A DNA stretch of 64,000 nucleotides, taken from Eledone cirrhosa. Lineage: Eukaryota. The notes below the pieces were generated by a model, which was not told the origin of the DNA, did no database searches, and saw nothing but the letters and a program-made list of their open reading frames with translations. The stretch covers positions 178,188,001-178,252,000 of the forward strand of contig OZ024742.1 of assembly GCA_964016885.1 (NCBI GenBank). The letters are read 5' to 3'. Made by a program: the position numbers and the translations under genes. Position 1 is the first letter of the stretch; each line of letters starts with the position of its first letter. Of the stretch, positions 56,493 through 64,000 are shown in pieces.

Positions 56493-57860
56493 ATATTTTG
56501 TTTTAGTCTTCTCTCCTTCATTCTCAGCTCCACTCTCAACCTCCTGCATCAAATCCTCTGCCTCCTTCACTGTATTTGTCACCAAAACTATGTCGTCGGT
56601 AAATTCAGCATCCGATATATTTTTCGCCTTTCCTCTCCTGCTCTGAGCCGGTGCTACAGTAAATCCAGAGTCCTGGTGTTTCTCCACTGCAAGGCGCATA
56701 CAATAGTCCACTACGATGATAAAAAGGTAGGGAGCCAATGTATCTCCCTGGAGCACTGCAGCCAGTATCTCAAAGAACTCTGTCATCCCATCAGGTGTAA
56801 TGACTTGGGCTTTGGTGTTGGTGTAGAGCAGTGATATCAGGTCCACTATCTTCTTGGGGATTCCATAAGCCTGTAAGATCTTCATCAGGCAGTGACGGTC
56901 CACAGAATCAAAGGCCTTCCTAAAGTCAATGAAAACCATGACCGCAGGAAGGCACTTTGCTCTAGCTCCCTCTAATATCCTCCTCAGCATCAGGATGTGA
57001 CTGGTGGTTGATCTTCCCTCTCAGAAGCCGTTCTGGTTGTCTCTGAGCTTCTTCTCCATCTCAGACTGGATCCTGTTAAGAATCATCCTGTTGAGGGTCT
57101 TTGCCACAAGTGACGTCAGTTATTTTGTTATTGATATTATTGTTCTGGTCTAATACCACTCCTCTCTAAAAGCCATGCCTTGTATATTATCCTCACATTC
57201 GCTCGCTCTGATGAATTCTCTGGTAGAGAATGTTGAGAAGCCAGAGGGGATCACTAATGTAGGCGGGAAGCCGCTAGAATTGGTTGAGGACTTCCTGTAT
57301 TTGGGAGCAAAGATAGGGAATATGGAAGATGATGTGGTTGAGAGGAAGAGCAAAGCCTGGGCGGCGTGCCACAGCTTGAGATCGGTGTGGAAGTCGGACC
57401 TTCGAAAAGACCTGAAAATCCGCCTCTTCATTGCTGTAGTGGGGTCTGTGCTGCTGTACGGGTCTGAGACTTGGACACTGACCAAGAAACTCACTCAGAT
57501 GGTGGATGGGTGCTACACGAGAATGCTGAGGATGGCTCTGAACATTAATCAGTATACACTGAGGATGAAAACCTCAGAGCTGTATGGGAGCCTCCTAAAA
57601 GTCAGCTCAAAAGTGACACAGAGTAGACGGAGACTGAGGCTAGCTGGACATGCTCACCGACATCCAGAGTTGACATTGCACTCAGTGCTCCTGTGGGAGC
57701 CCCTACATGGACACACTGGAAGAGGAAGATCAAGGTTAACGTATGTTGATGCCCTAAGGACAGACATTGGACTGTTGGAGACGCAGGACATGGCAGCGAT
57801 AATGAGGGGCAGACCGCTGGAGAGAACTCGTCCATGGATCTCGGGAATTTTACCCGCCCT

Positions 57861-57862
<2 letters not shown>
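56493..57862 (+). mobile_element. RTE/RTEX-type LINE copy 2 with 5' inversion and 100-bp filler
   Basis: Inverted RT piece at 56493-57120 (-), filler at 57118-57217 and sense 3' piece at 57219-57862. The protein is near-identical to copy 1, and (TA)n lies on both sides. Confidence 0.9.
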
Positions 57863-57908
<46 letters not shown>

Positions 57909-57946
57909 AGGAGGTTATAGTTCACTTGAAGCATTGTGTAATGAGG

Positions 57947-58341
57947 TATAAACGTTAGAATATGTGTAATAAGGCCAAGACAATGCAGATATGGACATAG
58001 AAAAAGAATGCAATAGTGAGAGATATTGGTGAGAATTAGTCTTTCACCTTGAATTTATTTAAATGTCCTTAATTTTCGAGATAATATCTCTTCTTCGGAG
58101 GGAAGTAAAAGTCTCAGACCAGCGTCTAAATTTCCAATGAAGCCATGCATGGCTTCATTGGAAATTTAGACGCTGGTCTGAGACTTTTACTTCCCTCCGA
58201 AGAAGAGATATTATCTCGAAAATTAAGGACATTTAAATAAATTCAAGGTGAAAGACTAATTCTCACCAATATCTCTCACTATTGCATTCTTTTTCTATGT
58301 CCATATCTGCATTGTCTTGGCCTTATTACACATATTCTAAC

Positions 58342-58348
<7 letters not shown>
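57947..58348. repeat. Perfect 402-bp spacerless palindrome with an HHR-like motif in each arm
   Basis: Centre AGCCATG|CATGGCT at 58147/58148. The motif cct CCGAAGA a GAGAT att ATCTC GAAA AT TA agg lies at ~58194-58228. Confidence 0.92.
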
Positions 58349-58390
<42 letters not shown>

Positions 58391-58880
58391 TAAACAAATA
58401 ATGAACAAACAATTCCTTATATTAAACAAAAAAAGTTCACTATTTAACGATCGTTTCTAGGGTATATATGTGTTATAATTGGTATGCATATTTAACAGAT
58501 CTATGTACAAAATTATACAAAATTATACAAATTATCAAGATTAAATATACATACCTAACTCATATATACGCCGTCTTCAGAAATAATGAAGTATATTTAT
58601 TGATAATAACAACAATTCAAAATATCAGTTCAAAATTGACCAATGAAAACACAAAGGGTTAAAAAACAGTTTGGTGTGTGTATATACATGTAAAAACCTT
58701 ACACATATTTTACAATAATGTGTGTATAATTTGTATGTGCATACTAAAAAGATGGATGTAAATACAAAATTTCAAGGTTAATATCTCTGTAAGCTTAATG
58801 CGCTGATAAGATACGCAATGATACTTATGGAGTCAAGCATATAAATATATTTTTTTCATACTCACACATATCAGTATAAC

Positions 58881-60074
58881 CAAAACTTACATTACATACA
58901 CTCACAATCTAATCACCCTAAATCTATCCTTAAAAACCTTGCATATAATATATCACTTAGAATTTCTAACCTTTCTTCTAACCAAGATGTATTTGATAAA
59001 AATGCGACCTTTTATAATGAAGCTCTAGATAGAAGTGGCCACAAAAATAGATTAGAGTATATACCTTCTACTAAAAATACTGAAAACATACAGCATAATA
59101 TTACCAACAAACACCAAATGAAAAGTACACACCTAAATGCCACCCACAGTATACCCCAAAATACTAAATCTTCTAATATAAAGTATAGTAACCCTCAAAA
59201 AACTACTCATCATACGACTATAATAAATATTAATAATAAAACTCCTAATAAAAAAGATAAAACACCTAAATCTACAAATATAACTAAAAATAGTTGTGGT
59301 GAGATCATTAACATAAATCATGATACAACATATAAAAATAATAAAAATAATAAACAACATAGAAACCGTAATAGACGAGTTACTTGGTATAATGCTCCTT
59401 TTAATTTACAAGTTAAGGATAATATTGCTAAAAAATTTTTTTATATCCTTGAGAAAAACTTCCCGCCAAACCACAAATACCATCAAATCTTAAATAGGTC
59501 TACAGTTAAATTCTCATACTCTACAACAAATAACATAAAACAAAATATAAGTGCATATAATGCATATAAATGTAAGAAAACCATAAGTATACCACCAGTA
59601 CATCAAATTAACAATAATATCTCCTCAAATACAGAATTAACGAAAGGATGTAACTGTAGAAACAAAACAAACTGCCCATTAAAAGGGAATTGTCTTGTTA
59701 ACAACATAGTCTATAAATGTAATGTTAAAACTAAAGATTCTATTTGCTCATATATAGGAGCTACCTCTAACAATTTTAAGACAAGGTATAATACCCACAA
59801 ACATAGCTTTAAAAATGCCGCACTGGCTAATACAACATCTCTAGCAGAAAAAATCAATAGTTATAAAAATAAAAATATAAAATATGATTTGACCTGGAGT
59901 GTGCTCAAAAGAGCCACCCCTTATCAAAATAATAGAAAGGAATGTAGATTATGTTCCCAAGAACTATTTGAAATAATGAAGTCTAGGGATATCTTATTAA
60001 ATAAAAGACAGGAATTAATTATATCGTGTAATCATAAACTAAAAAAAACATTTAAATATTATAAACCTAATTAA
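58881..60074 (+). CDS. PLE polyprotein C-terminus (RT thumb plus GIY-YIG), 5'-truncated
   Basis: The frame is open upstream of the track ATG (YIHSQSNHP...FYNEAL..SG). It continues with TWYNAPF, CNCR..CPL.GNC, IVYKC..YIGAT, CRLC and LLNKR.E..C.H. Confidence 0.85.
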   Translation, partial: QNLHYIHSQSNHPKSILKNLAYNISLRISNLSSNQDVFDKNATFYNEALDRSGHKNRLEYIPSTKNTENIQHNITNKHQMKSTHLNATHSIPQNTKSSNIKYSNPQKTTHHTTIININNKTPNKKDKTPKSTNITKNSCGEIININHDTTYKNNKNNKQHRNRNRRVTWYNAPFNLQVKDNIAKKFFYILEKNFPPNHKYHQILNRSTVKFSYSTTNNIKQNISAYNAYKCKKTISIPPVHQINNNISSNTELTKGCNCRNKTNCPLKGNCLVNNIVYKCNVKTKDSICSYIGATSNNFKTRYNTHKHSFKNAALANTTSLAEKINSYKNKNIKYDLTWSVLKRATPYQNNRKECRLCSQELFEIMKSRDILLNKRQELIISCNHKLKKTFKYYKPN

Positions 60075-61898
60075 TAACATTATTCTAGAATTTAATTTAA
60101 TTTAAATGTTAGTTAACCTATAAATTTAATTTAATTAATATTTTATTACAGATGAGAAAATATTATGTAATCATAAATTTTGAAAAACCTTTAAATATTA
60201 CTAATATATATTCAGTAATTTAATTTATAGATTAATTTTAACTTATTTTAACCTTTTATTATAATTTTTTAATTTAGTTTAACCTTTTATTATAATTTTT
60301 TTTATTATAATTCTTTTACAGATAAAATATAACAAAATAATATCATGTATCCTATGACGGAGAAAGAATTTTTAGTATTATAGACCTAATTAATATACAT
60401 TTTGGAAATATATTTATTATTTGGTTTTAGTTTTAATCAACCTAAAACTTTAATTTTAATTTGCTTAAAATTAGTATCCTTGTACAGACGAATTGCAGAA
60501 TGTCATGTAATCATAGAATGGGAGGTGTTTTGGATATATACATAGTTAATATATTCTGTGCAATTTTTTGAAAAAGATATGTATATCTATATGTATATGT
60601 ATATGTGTGTGTTGTATGTGTATCTGTATGTATATTTATGTGACTATATATGTATGTATGTGTATATATATGTATATATATATATATATATGTGTATGTA
60701 TATGTATATATATGTGTATGTGTATGTATATGTATATGTATGCGTATTAATTTTGATTTTTATTTGCATATAATTATATTATGCTATTGATGAAATACAA
60801 TATCTGCTTTATGTATTGTATACCTAATTAACATATACTAATTAACGTATACTATTGAAATAAATATATAATTTTTAATTTAGTTAACATATAATTTATA
60901 TGCTACTACCGATGTAATACTTTATTTTATTTTTATTTGGGTTTCTTTTCCCTATTACTAAATTCATCTCCTAATATTGATACCATAACGTTATTAACTT
61001 TAATTTAGTTATAATGTAATTAATAATCTACTACTGTTTGACTTCATAATTCTGCTTCAAATATTATAAACCTAACTAATTTACACCTTGGAAATCAATA
61101 TGTTGACTATCTTTGGTTTAGTTAACATATGATTAATGGTATACTTTTTTATTTTGTGATGCATAGATTTCGTATTTCCTAGCACTGAAAATATGTAAGA
61201 ACATACATTGAATTAAGATATGGAAAATATTATATGTTTCTTGAAACATATATTTACTTTGATCCCCTTCTCCAAACCCCCCCTTTCCCCCATACTATTA
61301 TCATCTGTTTTTGTAAGCGTATATGTATGAATATATGTGTAGATGGGTGTCTATATAGGTTTTGGTATTTATTTCTAAATATAAAAATACATATATGAGC
61401 ATGTAAATATGAATGTAAGATTGAGTGTGTATATATGATTGTACATACATATGTATGTATATATATGTGTATATATATGTATTATATATGTATGTGTATG
61501 TGAATGTGTGGTATGTATATGTGTATGTATATGTATATATGTGTGTGTATGTGTATGCTTGTATATAGGAATATATATATGTGTATATATGTATATATAT
61601 GTATATGCGTGTTTGTATGTATGTGTATATGGGTTCTGTATATATTTGTATGTCTCTCTATTTATATGTTTATCTTCGTATCTATGTGATATATGTGTGT
61701 GTGTGTGCACGTATGCATATGTATGTGTTTGTGTGTGTTTGTATGTGTGTGTGTATATATATATGTATTTGCGCACACTCACATACACATATATATATAT
61801 ATATATATATGTGAGTGTGTATGTGTGTCTGTGTGTGTGTGTGTGTGTGTATGTGTATATATATATGTGTGTATATATGTGTATGTGTGTGTATATAG

Positions 61899-61930
<32 letters not shown>

Positions 61931-62051
61931 ATATAGGTGTCTATGTGTGAATATATGTCTTTATTCGTATGTGTGTATTTATATATGTATATATTTAGGT
62001 GTATGTATGTATGTGTATGTATGTATGTGTATGTATATATATGTATGTATA

Positions 62052-62102
<51 letters not shown>

Positions 62103-62311
62103 CTTTATTATTATTGTAATATAACTTATGTGTATATGTGTATAAGTGAGGTTGTGTATGTATATATACTATGTGTATATATAAGAGTAATGAAATATAT
62201 ATATATATATGTATATGTGCATGTCTGTATTTTATGTGTGTGTGTATATATATATGTGTATGTGTGTATATATGTATGTATATATACATATATGTGTACG
62301 TGTGTGTATGT

Positions 62312-62348
<37 letters not shown>

Positions 62349-62458
62349 TGGGTGTTTGTATGTGTTTTTATGGTGGTATGAGTGTGAGGATATATATGTT
62401 TGTATATGTGTATGTATATGTATGTATATATATGTATGAGTCTATGTGTGTGTGTATA

Positions 62459-62497
<39 letters not shown>

Positions 62498-63270
62498 ATG
62501 TGTGTATGTGTTGCGCGTGTGTGTGTGTGTATTTATATCTTTTTATATGTGTATGTGTATGTTCGTGTAAATGTATGTGTGTGTATGACAGTATAGGTAT
62601 GTGTGTATGTATGTATGTGTAGATATCTCTATGTGCGCGTACATGTATGTATGTGTATGTATATCTGTATGCGTATGTACATTATATTATATGTATTATA
62701 TTTTATTGTTTTCATTTTTTTATTTTTCTTAATTTATAGATACATTTATATTAGGCTGTCTGGTCTGACAATCTAATACTGACCCCTCCCCCCCCCCTCC
62801 CACCTAATTTCTGTATCTTGATCTTGAAATGTGTGTACCAGTGTTTTTATGTGAGTGACTTAATTTCTATTTGCTTATGATTTTATATCCACATATATAA
62901 ATGTGAGTGGGGGAGTGTGTGTGTTTGTATGTTCGTGGTTATGTGTATATTTATACATATACGCACATGTATGTGTGATTATACTGATATGTGTGAGTAT
63001 GAAAAAAATATATTTATATGCTTGACTCCATAAGTATCATTGCGTATCTTATCAGCGCATTAAGCTTACAGAGATATTAACCTTGAAATTTTGTATTTAC
63101 ATCCATCTTTTTAGTATGCACATACAAATTATACACACATTATTGTAAAATATGTGTAAGGTTTTTACATGTATATACACACACCAAACTGTTTTTTAAC
63201 CCTTTGTGTTTTCATTGGTCAATTTTGAACTGATATTTTGAATTGTTGTTATTATCAATAAATATACTTC

Positions 63271-63419
63271 ATTATTTCTGAAGACGGCGTATATATGAGT
63301 TAGGTATGTATATTTAATCTTGATAATTTGTATAATTTTGTATAATTTTGTACATAGATCTGTTAAATATGCATACCAATTATAACACATATATACCCTA
63401 GAAACGATCGTTAAATAGT
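63271..63419 (+). ncRNA. Hammerhead ribozyme with ~115-nt stem II (mirror copy at 58439-58587, -)
   Basis: ATTATTT CTGAAGA [GTATATATG/CATATATAC and GGTATGTATATTTAA/TTAAATATGCATACC] GAAAC gatc GTT AAATAGT. Confidence 0.72.
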
Positions 63420-63607
63420 GAACTTTTTTTGTTTAATATAAGGAATTGTTTGTTCATTATTTGTTTAATATTTTATCTTGACTCTGTATACCGTTTATCT
63501 TTCACCGAAATTGGATTTTCATTACATCTCTTCTTTCCATGATATCCGGAATACATTGAGTTCTTCATACGGATTGGACACTACCGTAAACTCTTGGTAG
63601 ATTTATC

Positions 63608-63644
<37 letters not shown>

Positions 63645-63647
<3 letters not shown>

Positions 63648-64000
63648 GAGGTTATATTTAATTTGTTGGGATACAACAAGCAAAATATTTTTATAACTGA
63701 TATAAAGCACTCAACAAATTATTGGAGTAAATACACAATATATTAACAAATGCAAGCTATATTTATAAAACCATATTTATTTCATTATACATATTTCAAG
63801 GACCACCAAAGCAGATTATGGTGCGCTTTCATCAGATAAAATGTAATATACATTAGTTTTATAAATAAATATTGACATACCCTGAAAACTCCAACCGTGA
63901 CATACCCTGGAGACTCCAACCGTGAAGGTTGCATTTTTTCAGGGTATGTCAATATTTATTTATAAAACTAATCTATATTACATTTTATCTGATGAAAGCG
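63645..64000. mobile_element. Fold-back PLE-type terminus cut by the window end; HHR-like motif at ~63786-63838 (-)
   Basis: 63824-63888 is inverted against ~63936-64000, with a 26-bp tandem duplication in the loop. The motif reads CTGATGA AAG..CACCA..TGGTG..CTT GAAA TATG TA. A related sequence lies at 54350-54450. Confidence 0.65.

Larger units (their letters stand above)
58382..63610 (+). mobile_element. Young 5'-truncated Naiad-like Penelope element with inverted pseudo-LTR
   Basis: 58382-58879 is the reverse complement of 62979-63476. An open RT-thumb/GIY-YIG frame and a ~2.9-kb 3' UTR lie between them, with (TA)n at both ends. Confidence 0.88.

Noticed and set aside
58468-58662. Duplicated 64-aa ORF (also 63196-63390)
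   Set aside because: It is an incidental antisense frame across the hammerhead in the two inverted pseudo-LTRs.
58881-60074. Selenocysteine recoding as reported for some Naiad PLEs
   Set aside because: No in-frame TGA occurs in this frame.

Overview
AT-rich animal genomic DNA made almost entirely of repeats, with no host exon that I can support. The SINE family and the (TA)n/(TG)n density suggest a cephalopod such as Octopus, but that is an inference. Most ORF-track entries are microsatellite translations. The real coding remnants are all transposon-derived: RTE/RTEX-type LINEs, a CRE-type and two R4/Dong-type RLE LINEs, Penelope-like (PLE) GIY-YIG elements and a Helitron. There are also MITEs, tRNA-derived SINEs and an 8.5-kb minisatellite. 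The main finding is a hammerhead-ribozyme (HHR) system. At 51367-52729, 4.4 near-identical 311-bp units each carry a type I HHR inside a highly self-complementary sequence. This is a retrozyme-like array that predicts a 311-nt circular RNA with a possible on/off folding switch. More than a dozen other HHR or HHR-like motifs lie in (TA)n-inserted, fold-back PLE ends. Two copies of one RTE-type LINE show independent twin-priming-like 5' inversions. All RNA structures were read by eye, not computed.
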